DNA of 64,000 nt from Phycisphaerae bacterium (lineage in GTDB: Bacteria; Planctomycetota; Phycisphaerae; JAJVII01): contig JAJVII010000014.1 of the NCBI GenBank assembly GCA_022072085.1, positions 67,182 to 131,181 of the forward strand. Reading direction: 5' to 3'. The notes beneath the pieces were generated by a model. That model was not told where the DNA came from, searched no databases, and saw only the letters and a program-made list of their open reading frames with translations. Shown here piece by piece: positions 35,989 to 46,327 of this stretch (position 1 is the first letter of the stretch; each line of letters opens with the position of its first letter). A program made the position numbers and the translations under genes.

Positions 35989-37439
35989 GGGGCTGGCCCA
36001 GCCGACGTGACCGAGGGCGCCGGGAGACGGGCCGGCGAGTCGCCGCTGCCGGCGGCGGCCAGCCGCTGAAGGGCGGCCGGTCCGTTGGTCGGGTCGAAGA
36101 AATCCATCACCATGCTGTAGTACCAGCGTCGGGCGTAGGGCGCGAAACCGTCGTGCCCGCCGCCGGGGATGATGACAGCCGACACGTTGGGATTGGAGGT
36201 CCAGGCGACGGCGTTAGCGACGGCCTGAGCGCTGGCCAGCGGATCGTTGGCACACTGGAGGATCATCACGGGCATGCGCATGTCTTCCAGCTTGTTGCTG
36301 GCCGGGCGGTCCAGGTAGGGCAGGAAGCGGAGGAACCGCAGCCCGGCGGCCAGGTCGTCCGGATTGCCGTGGCACGACAGCTTGACCAGGTTCAGCAGGC
36401 TGCCGCTGCGGTCGGGGCTGCCGAGTTCCTCCATGCGGCGCCGGACGGTCTTCTGAAGCCCGTTGATGACCGGGCGGCTGAGCATCGCCCGCGGCGTCTG
36501 GGCCTGGTCGATGATCTGCTCGAACGCCAGCGGCGGGGAGAGGGCGATGATGCCGGCCTGGAATCGCCGCCGCGCGGGCAGATCGCGCATCAGCGGACGG
36601 ACCCGGTCAGTGATCGACGGATCGCCGGGCAGGCGCCCGTCGGCCCATCCGGCCAGCAGGGCCTGGTTGCCGCCCCAGCAGTAGCCGATCAGCCCGGTGT
36701 GGCGGATGTGCGGCTGGCTGACCAGCCAGTCCGAGACGACCAGCAGGTCGTCGGTTTCCTGGATGCCCCAGGTGTCGGGGAACTGGGGGTAGGACTTCTC
36801 GGTGCGGCCGTGGCCGCGCATTTCCAACGCCAGCGCGTGAATGCCGTTGGCCCGCAGGGCCTCGGCCAGGTCGCGCGTCCGCAGGATGTTGTTGTTGCCG
36901 CGCAGGCCCGGCAGGATCACCACGCAGTCGGCGTCGAGTATGCGTCCGAACCGGTCGCGGGCCAGGCCCAGCCGTCCGGAGAGTCGGAGCTGGTCGTTGA
37001 TGGGTATCCAGACGTCCTGGAAGCCGGGCCACAGCGGCAGCTCCCGGTCCGGCTCGTCCGAACCGACGACCTGGGCGGTGCAGGTCAAGCCGCGGAAGTT
37101 GTAAAACGGCGAACCCAGCCGCAGGGGGTCCAGGTCGAAGTGGGCCATCACGTCGACGGCTCCGCCGCCGGGCAGGGCCATGTCCTCGGTCAGCAGCGCC
37201 GGGTGAGACGAGACGGGCAGCAGGGGCGTCAGCTCGCGCTGGGCGTAGTCGAGCCACTGGCGCGTGGTCAGGCGCTCGGGGCCAGGGCTGCCCACCGGGA
37301 CCATCGGGCGAAGGGGAACCACGTCGCCGCGCTGCACGGGGAAGGCGTGCTCGCTGAACATGCAGCCGCCGCTCGCCAGCAGCAGCGCCAGCGCGGCGCA
37401 TAGCAGCAGCGTCGATCGGCATGGGCGGCGGGTCTGCAC
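35961..37439 (-). CDS. Alpha/beta-hydrolase-fold lipoprotein with Cys in the nucleophile elbow (G-Y-C-W-G)
   Basis: GTG start at 37439 with AGGAG 7 nt upstream. Lipoprotein signal ...LLLCAALALLLASGGC. Elbow HTGLIGYCWGGNQALLAGW. C-terminal GGGHDGF. Overlaps the rsmJ 3' end convergently by 28 bp. Confidence 0.6.
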   Translation of the reverse strand: MQTRRPCRSTLLLCAALALLLASGGCMFSEHAFPVQRGDVVPLRPMVPVGSPGPERLTTRQWLDYAQRELTPLLPVSSHPALLTEDMALPGGGAVDVMAHFDLDPLRLGSPFYNFRGLTCTAQVVGSDEPDRELPLWPGFQDVWIPINDQLRLSGRLGLARDRFGRILDADCVVILPGLRGNNNILRTRDLAEALRANGIHALALEMRGHGRTEKSYPQFPDTWGIQETDDLLVVSDWLVSQPHIRHTGLIGYCWGGNQALLAGWADGRLPGDPSITDRVRPLMRDLPARRRFQAGIIALSPPLAFEQIIDQAQTPRAMLSRPVINGLQKTVRRRMEELGSPDRSGSLLNLVKLSCHGNPDDLAAGLRFLRFLPYLDRPASNKLEDMRMPVMILQCANDPLASAQAVANAVAWTSNPNVSAVIIPGGGHDGFAPYARRWYYSMVMDFFDPTNGPAALQRLAAAGSGDSPARLPAPSVTSAGPAPYPTLSTER

Positions 37440-37479
37440 CCGAAAGGACTCCTGCGCAGCGGAAAGAACCGGCGGGCGG

Positions 37480-38184
37480 CTACTCCTGGAGCACGACCTG
37501 GATTTCGACGCGGCGGTCGTGGGCCTTGCCGCGGCCGAGAGGCTGGGTGTCTGCCAGGCTGTCCATCTCGATGCTGCTCGCGGGCACACCCAGCTCGATC
37601 AGCTTGAGCGCGACGGCGCGGGCGCGGTTGAAGCCGAGATCCCAGTTGTCCTTCCAGCCGCTGCGGCGGATGGGGTCGCTGTCGGTGTGGCCGCGGACGC
37701 GGATGCGCTTGCCGGCGTATTGTGCGCGGATGACCTCGGCGATTCGGCCCAGCGAACCGGCGGCCTTGAGCGTCGCCTTGCCCGAGTCGAACAGCAGGTC
37801 GCTGGGGATTGCCACGGTGACGGCGCCCGCCTGTCGGCTGACCTCGCCGGTGCCCTCAAACCCGGTGGGCCCGGTGAGGACCTCGCCGGCCGGTTCCGGG
37901 GCCGGAGCGGGCGCGACAACGACTGCCGGGCGCGAGCCCAGTTGCGTCGTCAACTGCACGATCTTGTCATTCTGCTCGTTGATCGTGGACTGCAACCCGG
38001 CGATGCGGGCATCGCGGGCCTGCACCTGGTCGGAGAGGATCTTGTTCTGCGTCTCCAGCGACTGGTTGCTCTCGCGCAGGCCTGCGCAGGGATCCTTGCT
38101 GGCGAACGCGCAGCAGCCGGCCGACATCGCCAGCGCACAGACCGTCGCCGCGGACAGAATGAGAGTCACACCGTTCCTGATCAT
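37480..38184 (-). CDS. OmpA/MotB-domain lipoprotein (peptidoglycan-associated) with coiled-coil linker
   Basis: Lipobox ...VCALAMSAGCC. Coiled-coil segment (LETQNKILSDQVQARDARIAGLQSTINEQNDKIVQL). C-terminal OmpA-like domain (RVRGHTDSDPI...NWDLGFNRARAVALKLIELGV...RRVEIQVV). Confidence 0.8.
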   Translation of the reverse strand: MIRNGVTLILSAATVCALAMSAGCCAFASKDPCAGLRESNQSLETQNKILSDQVQARDARIAGLQSTINEQNDKIVQLTTQLGSRPAVVVAPAPAPEPAGEVLTGPTGFEGTGEVSRQAGAVTVAIPSDLLFDSGKATLKAAGSLGRIAEVIRAQYAGKRIRVRGHTDSDPIRRSGWKDNWDLGFNRARAVALKLIELGVPASSIEMDSLADTQPLGRGKAHDRRVEIQVVLQE

Positions 38185-38294
38185 GTTTGGCTTGCCCCGT
38201 TGAAAGGTTCCAAGTACCAGGTAAGCAGCACTTCGCCTGCTGTTAGCGCCGACCCGGGCAGAAAGGCACACGGTCCCGGATTGTCACCCCCATG

Positions 38295-39443
38295 TTAGCC
38301 GCCGCTGGCCGGGGTGTCAATGCACGCGGACCGCTCCGGCCGCGGGCCCAGCACCCCGAGGTTCATGATCAGCGGCACACACAGCGGTGCGAGGATCAGC
38401 AGCCGCATCGCCGCCGGCAGACCCCACGCCTCGCCCGCGAACCCCATCGCCACCGGGGCGGCCACGCCCGAGAGGTTGCCGGCGGCCGACAGCACCGAGT
38501 AGAGCGACGCCCCGGCCCGTGGAAAGCGGTCGCCCGCGCAGCCGAGTATCGTCGGCCAGAACCCCGCGACCCCGAAGCCCAGCACCGCCAGCCAGAACAC
38601 GGTGAAGCCCGTGCCCACCGGCAGCGACGCCAGCAGCAGGCTGACGGCGCAGATTGCCCCGCCGCCCAGGAACATCCGCCGCGGGCCCAGCCGGTCGACC
38701 AGGAACGAGCAGGAGAGCCGGCCGGCGGCCATCGTGACGCCGAAAAGGATCAGCACCAGCCCGCCGAGCAGGCGGCTGCCGCCGATCGACCGCTCCAGCA
38801 GCGTCGGCGTCCAACTGGCCGGGCCCAGCTCCGTCGCCCCGCCCAGGAAGATCGCCAGCACCAGCAGAAGCAGGGGCCCCCGGCGCAGGAGGCGGCGCGT
38901 CGGCTCGCGGACGCTGCCGGCCTCATGCGACTGGCGCGGCAGCGGGAGCAGGCAGAACGCCAGCCCGACCGGCAGCACGAGCAGCGAGAGGACGACGTAG
39001 ATGCCGCGCCAACTCACCTGGGCACGCATCAGCAGCAGGATCAGCGAGACGGTGACGATCACGCCGACGGCGTAGAAGGCGTGCAGCAGGTTGCTCGCCG
39101 GCGTGCGGCGCTCGGGGTAGACTGCGCAGACGATCGGCGTGGTTAGGGCGTCGACGAAGCCCCCGCCGACGCCCATCACCGCGCCGCCGGCGACGGCCTG
39201 CCAGGGCGCTCCCGCCCGCGAAAGGATCAGCATGCCGCTGCAGGAGAGGACCGCGCCTGCAACCATCAGCGGGCGGAAGCCCCAGCGGTCGGCCAGCGGA
39301 CCGGCGACGAAGATCGCGACGATCACGCCCCAGAAAGGCCCGCTCAGGAAGACGCCGCCCTGGCCGAGGTCCATTCCCAGGTCAGCCGCCACCGACGTCT
39401 GGCAGACGGCCAGCCCGGCCGTCCCGAAGCTGAGGGTCATCAT
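38295..39443 (-). CDS. MFS transporter
   Basis: 382 aa with about 12 predicted TM helices in two 6-helix halves. MFS-like loop GAVLSCSGMLILSRAG...ADRWGFRP. Confidence 0.7.
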   Translation of the reverse strand: MMTLSFGTAGLAVCQTSVAADLGMDLGQGGVFLSGPFWGVIVAIFVAGPLADRWGFRPLMVAGAVLSCSGMLILSRAGAPWQAVAGGAVMGVGGGFVDALTTPIVCAVYPERRTPASNLLHAFYAVGVIVTVSLILLLMRAQVSWRGIYVVLSLLVLPVGLAFCLLPLPRQSHEAGSVREPTRRLLRRGPLLLLVLAIFLGGATELGPASWTPTLLERSIGGSRLLGGLVLILFGVTMAAGRLSCSFLVDRLGPRRMFLGGGAICAVSLLLASLPVGTGFTVFWLAVLGFGVAGFWPTILGCAGDRFPRAGASLYSVLSAAGNLSGVAAPVAMGFAGEAWGLPAAMRLLILAPLCVPLIMNLGVLGPRPERSACIDTPASGG

Positions 39444-39664
39444 GAACGCGCAGCAGGCCGACAGGATCAGCCGCCGGGGCAGTGCGTCAACAGCCGGGTC
39501 GAGCGATGAAATGGGGGCGCTCCGTGCAAGGTCGGATGATGATACGACCCCGTGCGCCCGGACGCCACGTTATTCCGCGCCGCCGGCCACGACCTGGCTG
39601 CCGGCGGGTGGACATTGAGGACCTACGGCGACTTGCTCGCACGCGTGTCCCGTCCTCTCCGCCT

Positions 39665-42474
39665 TCAGTATTCCAGCAGGTTGATCATCAACCGCTCGAC
39701 CACCGGGTCGAAGTCCGGGTCGGCTGAATCGAAGCGGCCGTCCACCTGGAGCATGAAGTAGAGCACTTCGCCGCTGACGTGGCCGACGGCCGCCACCGGC
39801 ACGAACTTCAGGTCGTCGCGCTCGGCCTCGGCGTATTTCACCAGCACCCGCGCCCGTCCGGGCAGCGTCGACATCGACACGCGTGCCACGCGGCCGTGCA
39901 TTCCGTTCCAGTCGAACAGGTAGTGGTCGGGGATGCCCTTCCAGATCGCCCGCTGGGGCTGCTCCCAGCGGAACACCCGGCTGGACCCGCCGGACGCCTG
40001 GGCTTGCGACACGTGGGCCATCACCGAGTCGGTCCGCTCGTCGGCAGGCGCGTTGTTGTCGTCGTAATCATAGTCCGTCCGCTCGACGGCGACCCCCAGC
40101 AGGTCCTTTAATTTCGGCCAGTCGGTCTGCTCCAGCACCAGCACGTGCCCGCCGCGCTGGACGTAACCGGGCAATTGCCCCGCGACCGCCCTGAACGCCT
40201 CGCCCGACGCCGCACCCGGCGCGATGACCACCAGCGGCACGGGCGGCGCGGCGAGCAGGTCCGCCCCCGCGACCGGCTGGCAGCCGACCTTCGCGATCCA
40301 GTCCGACAACTTTCGCTTGCCCGCGGCGTCGGGCTCCTCGACGACCAGAATCTTCCTGCCCTTGATCGCCGCCGGCGGGTCGGTGCGGGGGATCGCGTAG
40401 ATCGTCCGGCGGCTGATGACCGGGGCCGCGCCGTCACGCTGGAGGCGGGCCAGCAGGACGTATCGCCCCTCGGCCGCCGGCGCCTGCCACTTGAAACTGC
40501 GCGTCGCCGTCGCGTGTGCGTCCACCTCGACGTCGAACGCCGCCTGGCGGATGACATGGCCCGGCACGGCCGCCGGGTCCCAGCCCGGGTCGGCGCCCAG
40601 CAGGAACAGGCCCACGCGGGCGGTCGCCTTCGCGTCGGTGTCGTTCATCACCCAGACGTCGGTCGAGCAGGACTGGCCGGCGACGAAGTGCCGGTTGTCC
40701 AGGTCGATGCTCACGCCGACCGGCGCCAGGGCGCAGCTCACTGCAAAGTCCTGTGGGCGGGCGGGGCGGTTGGGACCCGGTGCGTAGAATCCGGGCCCGA
40801 ATGGCAGGATGCAGGCGTAGCCCAGCCGCCGCGCGGCCTCGGTCTGCTCCATGCCGCGGGCCGCGCGGAACTCCTCCACGTCGTCGGCCAGTTTCTCGCG
40901 GGCGTCCGGGTCGCCGTCGGCCCTTGGCCCGAACCACTTGCGCGTCACGCGGGCGTCGGCGCCGTCGAGGTACTCGCTGATCATCGCCGGAACCTTGTCG
41001 CGGGCCGCCTGCTCGGCCTCCTTGCGGCAGCGGAACGCGAAGTCGCCGTCCGACCCTTTCCAGACCGCTGCGTAGGAGTGGATGTCGCGCGCGTCCGGCG
41101 TGTCATAAGAGGCGCGGATCGCCGGCCGTGACGGGTCGAGCGATTTGAAATGCTTCCACAGCGTGGTCCGCTCCCAGTCGGCCCAGTTGTTCGACTCGTT
41201 GGTCATCACCCACATGGCGATGGAGGGATGGTTGGCCAGGTAGGGCACGATCGCCGACGCTTCATCGGACAGGTTCCTGAAGAAGGCAGCCTTCTCCGTG
41301 TCGTCGAAGTCGATTCGCGAGCAGTTGACCGTCACTGGGAACTCCAGCAGGACCAGCAGCCCCTCCTCGTCGCAGACGTCCAGCCACCACGCCGGGATCG
41401 GGGCGGTGTGCGTGCGGATGCAGACGGCGTTCATCGCCCGGGCCGGGTCGATGATCGCCGCCTTGATCTTCTCGCGTCCTACCAGGTTGGGCGCCCCGCG
41501 CCAGTACCCCATGTCGCCGATGATGTTGGTTCCCAGCAGCCGGACCTTGCGGCCGTTGAGGTAGAAGCCGTCGGAGCGCGTCGCCACCTCGCGCATGCCG
41601 AAACGCTGCACGACCCGATCGCCCGGGCTTCCGGCCTCCGTCACATTGGCCATCAGGTCGTAGAGATACGGGTCGGCCGGCGTCCACGGCCTGACGTCCC
41701 TGATGGCCACGGCGATCGTCGCTTCGCCGACACCGCTGACCAGTTTGACTACCGCCGACGCCGTTCCCAATGACGAATCGGGGCCTCCGACGCGGCGTGC
41801 CGTGTTCTCATACACGGCAAGCTCAACCGTTGCTTCCGGGGCGTCGCCCTCCACTCGCACAATCGCCCTGGCCGCCGAGGCCGCTAGGTCCGGGATCACC
41901 TGCACGCGGGTCAGGCGGACCTTGTTGAAGTATCGCACGAAGACGCGGCCCATGATTCCGCCGCCGCCTCCGCGCCCGCTCATCGCGAAGCCGGCCGGGT
42001 AGAGCGGGCGGCCGCACCGGGCCTTGGGCACCTCCTCGTAGCCGCCCACCCGGACGACCAGCACGTTGCTGTCGCCGGCCTTGATCGCGCCGGTCGCCGG
42101 CAGGCGGAACGGGGCGTAGCCGTCGGCGCAGCCGCCGAGCTTTCGGCCGTTCAGCCACACCTGGGCGTTCCAGTGCACGCGCTCAAAGAGCAGCTCGCAG
42201 TCCATGCCCCTGGCCGACTCCGGCGCTTCGAATCGGACCATCTGCCAGGCGCAGGGCTGGCGCCCGTCCGGCCAGATGCCCGGCACGTCTATCTCCTGCC
42301 AGCCGGCGAACTTCTCGGGGGAGGCCGCCACGTCGATCTCCGCGTGGCCGGGCAGCCACTGCCACCTCCCGCTCAGATCCTGCTCGGCCGGTCGGGCGTC
42401 GGTGGCGTGCAGGCTCGACGGGAGCAGGAACAGCAGCAACCAGCCCAGGCGTGTGCCAACCGCGATGCGAGTCA
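39665..42474 (-). CDS. Glycoside hydrolase family 2-like enzyme (secreted)
   Basis: ATG at 42474 (GGAG upstream) gives signal peptide MTRIAVGTRLGWLLLFLLPSSLHA. Sugar-binding-domain motif NAQVWLNGRKLG. TIM-barrel region with AMWVMTNESNNW (W-x-x-x-NES acid/base context as in GH2). The track ORF extends in-frame upstream to 43300 without support. Confidence 0.65.
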
Positions 42475-42595
42475 TTGGATGGCTCCGGTGATGGTGTTGG
42501 AACCCCGCGGCCGGACTCACTTCCGCCCCGATCCACGGGCCTGTCAAGGCAGAGCCGGACGGGAGGGCCAGCCGCTTCGCCGCGCCGGCGACCTG

Positions 42596-42625
42596 TTGCC
42601 GCGGCCGGCATGATGTCGTTAGAAT
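42596..42625 (+). promoter_or_regulatory. Sigma-70-like promoter candidate (TTGCCG-N18-TAGAAT)
   Basis: -35-like TTGCCG (42596-42601), 18-nt spacer, -10-like TAGAAT (42620-42625), about 75 nt upstream of the ATG at 42702. Confidence 0.35.
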
Positions 42626-42701
42626 GGCCCGAATCGTCGCCGGTGTCCAGCGAGGACGGCCCGTTTCCAACCTCCCGACCACTTTGCAAAGGAGTGACAT
42701 C

Positions 42702-45062
42702 ATGGGTCTGCGTTCGCTGCTCGTCGGATTGGCCGGCGCGATTCTCGCGGCTGCGCCTGCACTGGCACAGGAAATCACCACGCTAACGGTGACCGAGTCG
42801 GCCGGCGTCGCCCGCGCCGACGAGCCGGTGACCAGCGGCGTCCCGCTGCCCAAGGGCCTGGTCAAGGACGTCAGCGAGTTGGCGCTCAAGACCGCCGACG
42901 GCAAGGACGTGCCGGCCAGCTTCAGCCTGCTGAACAAGTGGCCCGAGGACGGCAGCGTCCGCTGGGCGCTGCTGGACACGAACCTCAGCGTGCCGGTCGA
43001 CGGGTCGGTCAAGCTCAGCCTGGTCAAGGGGACGCCCGCCGTCGCCCGCCCGGTGGCCGTCACCGAGACCGACGACGCGATCACGGTCGATACCGGCATG
43101 GCCAAGTTCGCCGTCAGCCGACACGGCTTCAAGATGTTCGACTCGCTCTCGCTGGGCGGCACGCCGGTGCTCTCAACCCCGGCCGGCGGGCTGACGGCCG
43201 TGATCGACGGCAAGAAGTACACGACCGCCGCTGACCGCAAGGGGACGGTGACGGTGGAGGAGAGGACGCCGATGCGCGTCGCCCTGCTCGCGAAGGGCAA
43301 GCTGGCCGACGCGGGCGGCCGCGCAGGGTTCGACTACGAGGTGCGGATCCACGCCTATGCCGGGTCGCCGGTGATCAAGGTCGTCGCGACGGTGATCAAC
43401 AAGATGGGCCCGCGGCGCGACAGCCATCCGAAGCTGTCCGACCTGTCGATCGAGCTGCCGCTGGCCGCCAAGGGCGCGACGACCTACGCGCTTGGAACCG
43501 ACAAGAACGCCCCGGCGGTCGGGGCCGTGAGCAAGTCGGCCTACGTGAACGTGACCAGCTCCGACAGCTTCGTGCTGGGCGGCGACGCGAGCGGGTCGGG
43601 CAAGTGCAAGAGCAGCAAGCCGCTGACGCTGGGCTGGGGCGATGCGTCGTCCGGCGGCGTCGGCGTGGCGGCGGGCGTGCGGCGGTTCTGGCAGAACTTC
43701 CCCAAGGCCATCGAGGTCAAGCCCGGCGAGCTGGTCGTGCATCTCTACCCGTCGACGGAGCCCGAACCGGTCGAGGTCTACTGCGGCATGGCCCGCACGC
43801 ACGAGGTGCTCATCGTCCCGCACGCGGCTGGGACGCCGACGGACCTCCAGGCGAAGTTCGTCGCGTTCCAGGAGCCGCTGTTCGCGTTCGCCTCGCCCAA
43901 GTGGTATTGCCGCGACAGCGGCGGGCTGGGCCTGCTGGCCGAGTCGGCTGAGGTCAACCCGGGCATCTACGGCGCCTACTCCGGCCAGATCCTGGCGTTC
44001 GACCAGAAGATGGACGGCATCTTCAAGGCGCTGGCCGGCCCGCATCAGGACCACTGGCAGAAGCGCGGCGTGACGATGGACACCTACGGCTGGCTGAACT
44101 ACGGCGACACGCTGCACTGGGTCTGGCTGAAGGGTCAGGACCGCGGCGTGACGCAGGCGCCCGGCACGCCCTGGACCATCGCCTGGGACGGCAACTACTA
44201 CGACATGCCGCAGATGGCCCTGGTGCACTTCGCGCGGACGGGCAACCGGGCGGTCTTCGACTTCTTCGTCGATCACTCGTGGCACCTGATGGACGTGGAC
44301 GTGATCCACTACCTGCCCGGCGCGCAGTTCGAGGGCGGCGGCGGCAGCCGGCGATGCCCGGCGACCAACCACGTCGGCTTCGACCCGCCGCAGCACGCGG
44401 AGCTGGCGCCCAACTACGCCTTCGACCATCACAAGAGCGAGTCGCTGTTCAACCGCTACTACCTGCTGGGCGACCGCTGGTCGCTGGAGGTCGCGACCGA
44501 GCTGCTCAACCACGCCTTTGACCCCAAGGGCAACGGCGGGCGCAACGGCGACTACAGCGGCACCCGCAAGCCGGCCCACCAGATTCTCACGCTGGTCGCG
44601 GGCTACTGGGAGACCGGCGACAAGAAGTACCTGGCCAAGGCCCGCGAGGTGATCGACACCGGCCTGGAGCTTCAGAAGAAGTACGACGGCGGGCTGAACG
44701 CGGGCAAGGACGGCAAGCCGGCCGCCAACTTCACCGACGGTATCCTGGCCGAGTCCTGGAGCAAATACTACCGGGTCACCGGCGAGAAGGACGTGCTCGA
44801 CGGCGTGATCGCCCTGGAGAACTTCCTGACCACGCACGAGGTCATCGTCGGACGCAAGTTCAAGGCCTCGGAGTGGGGCAACGGCGCGATGGGCGCCGGG
44901 CTGGCGTATCTCAGGACCGGCGACGACAAGTATCTCAAGTTCGGCTTGGCCTGCCTGGCCGATCCGAAGGTGGGCCACCTGTCGAAGGACTCTGCGGACT
45001 TCCACCGCAACGCCGGTTTCTTCTGCGGCCTGCTGGTCGAGAAGCTCCAGGGCGGCAAGTAG
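42702..45062 (+). CDS. Secreted hypothetical protein, possible polysaccharide-degrading enzyme (family not assigned)
   Basis: ATG at 42702 preceded by AAAGGAGTG. Signal peptide MGLRSLLVGLAGAILAAAPALAQE. 786 aa with beta-rich N-terminal half and alpha-rich C-terminal half (YWETGDKKYLAKAREV). Intrinsic terminator downstream. Confidence 0.75.
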   Translation: MGLRSLLVGLAGAILAAAPALAQEITTLTVTESAGVARADEPVTSGVPLPKGLVKDVSELALKTADGKDVPASFSLLNKWPEDGSVRWALLDTNLSVPVDGSVKLSLVKGTPAVARPVAVTETDDAITVDTGMAKFAVSRHGFKMFDSLSLGGTPVLSTPAGGLTAVIDGKKYTTAADRKGTVTVEERTPMRVALLAKGKLADAGGRAGFDYEVRIHAYAGSPVIKVVATVINKMGPRRDSHPKLSDLSIELPLAAKGATTYALGTDKNAPAVGAVSKSAYVNVTSSDSFVLGGDASGSGKCKSSKPLTLGWGDASSGGVGVAAGVRRFWQNFPKAIEVKPGELVVHLYPSTEPEPVEVYCGMARTHEVLIVPHAAGTPTDLQAKFVAFQEPLFAFASPKWYCRDSGGLGLLAESAEVNPGIYGAYSGQILAFDQKMDGIFKALAGPHQDHWQKRGVTMDTYGWLNYGDTLHWVWLKGQDRGVTQAPGTPWTIAWDGNYYDMPQMALVHFARTGNRAVFDFFVDHSWHLMDVDVIHYLPGAQFEGGGGSRRCPATNHVGFDPPQHAELAPNYAFDHHKSESLFNRYYLLGDRWSLEVATELLNHAFDPKGNGGRNGDYSGTRKPAHQILTLVAGYWETGDKKYLAKAREVIDTGLELQKKYDGGLNAGKDGKPAANFTDGILAESWSKYYRVTGEKDVLDGVIALENFLTTHEVIVGRKFKASEWGNGAMGAGLAYLRTGDDKYLKFGLACLADPKVGHLSKDSADFHRNAGFFCGLLVEKLQGGK

Positions 45063-45093
45063 AACTTGACGACGAACGCCCTCAATTGCAGTT

Positions 45094-45130
45094 GAGCCCC
45101 GGGCGTGAAGGCGCCCGGGGCTCCTCTTTT
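45094..45130 (+). terminator. Intrinsic (Rho-independent) terminator
   Basis: Perfect 12-bp GC-rich stem gagccccgggcg (45094-45105) / cgcccggggctc (45112-45123), 6-nt loop, followed by ctcTTTT (to 45130). 32 nt after the stop of the gene ending at 45062. Confidence 0.7.
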
Positions 45131-45176
45131 CAGAGGATGTGACCGGCACCTTCCATGAATCGCCGCGCGACCCGCT

Positions 45177-46268
45177 TTACGCTCCGGCGGCGACGGCGTA
45201 GCGGCGGCCTTCGTCGAGCATCGTCAGGTAGTTGTCCAGCGGGATGTAGTTGGCCACCGAGTTGCCTGTGCCCAGGACGTAGCCGCCGCCCGGGAGGCAG
45301 GCGTCCAGCGTCTGACGCACGCGGGCTCGGATGGCCGCCTCGTCCGCGCGGCAGAGGAAGTCCACGTCGATCCCGCCGATCAGCCCGACGCGCCGGCCCC
45401 ACAGCCGCTTGGTCTCGGGCATCGGGCGGATGACGTCCTCGAAGCTGTGCTTGGCGTCGACCTTCACGTCGTCGATCAGGTCGTCCATGATCTGGTCCAG
45501 CCGACCGCAGGAGTGCAGCAGGTAGGTCCGCCCGGCGTCATGGGCGATGCGGGCGCAGGCCCGGTGGCAGGGCAGCACCTTCTCGCGCAGGAATTGGGCC
45601 TGCACCATCGTGCCGGTCTTGTAGCCCATGTCGTCGCTGCCCCAGACCAGCCGCACGCGCTCCCACTGCACCAGCCGCCGCGTGAAGGCCGTCTCCAGCT
45701 CCTCGATCCGCGTCGCCATCGCGTCGACCAGCGCCGGGTCGTCATACATGGCCATGCAGAGCCCCTCGTAGCCCATCAGCCAGACGAGCTGTTCGAGCTG
45801 GTGGGCCGTCAGCGCGTAGATGGCCATGTCCTCGGGCAGGTGATCGTGCAGCCACTCCATCGCCGTGAAGTCGATCTTGTCGGGGTCCGGCCAGGGGTAG
45901 CGCTCGAAGTCGGCCATCGTGCGGATGACGCCGAAGCCTTCGTCGACCCAGGAGCGATCGCCCTTGCTCTGCTCGCCGCCGGTCGTGTCGGCCGTCACGA
46001 GGTTCTTCCGCGGGTACTCCCACCGGCCCGGCTGGCAGCGGACGACGTCGTAGCCCAGCCGCCGGACCAGGGCGATCTCCGCGCCCAGCCGATCGGCCAT
46101 CGCCAGGCCGGGCGCCTCGGGGTCGGCCAGTCCCAGCCGACGGGCGACGGCCGACCTGACTTCGCCGTCCAGGAACAGCTCCAGGTGATGAACGCGGGCG
46201 GGCGACCGTCCCGGCGTCAGGGCGTCCAGCAGGCCTCGCCAGTCAGGCGTCACGGGGGAGTCAAGCAT
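45177..46268 (-). CDS. Uroporphyrinogen decarboxylase (URO-D)-family protein
   Basis: ATG at 46268 (GAGGA upstream). 364 aa, TIM-barrel-like, resembling URO-D/MtaA-type family proteins (recall only, low specificity). The track ORF extends upstream to 46799 with a low-complexity Arg/Pro-rich N-terminus. Confidence 0.55.
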   Translation of the reverse strand: MLDSPVTPDWRGLLDALTPGRSPARVHHLELFLDGEVRSAVARRLGLADPEAPGLAMADRLGAEIALVRRLGYDVVRCQPGRWEYPRKNLVTADTTGGEQSKGDRSWVDEGFGVIRTMADFERYPWPDPDKIDFTAMEWLHDHLPEDMAIYALTAHQLEQLVWLMGYEGLCMAMYDDPALVDAMATRIEELETAFTRRLVQWERVRLVWGSDDMGYKTGTMVQAQFLREKVLPCHRACARIAHDAGRTYLLHSCGRLDQIMDDLIDDVKVDAKHSFEDVIRPMPETKRLWGRRVGLIGGIDVDFLCRADEAAIRARVRQTLDACLPGGGYVLGTGNSVANYIPLDNYLTMLDEGRRYAVAAGA

Positions 46269-46327
46269 CGGCAGGTCCTCGACGGGTGCATGGAATCGAA
46301 CGAACCGGCCCTCAGCCGATCGCGCTC

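Noticed and set aside
36153-39146. ORFs 36153-37403 (plus), 37264-38298 (plus) and 38292-39146 (plus)
   Set aside because: Antisense to the hydrolase, OmpA-like and MFS genes. Compositionally biased products.
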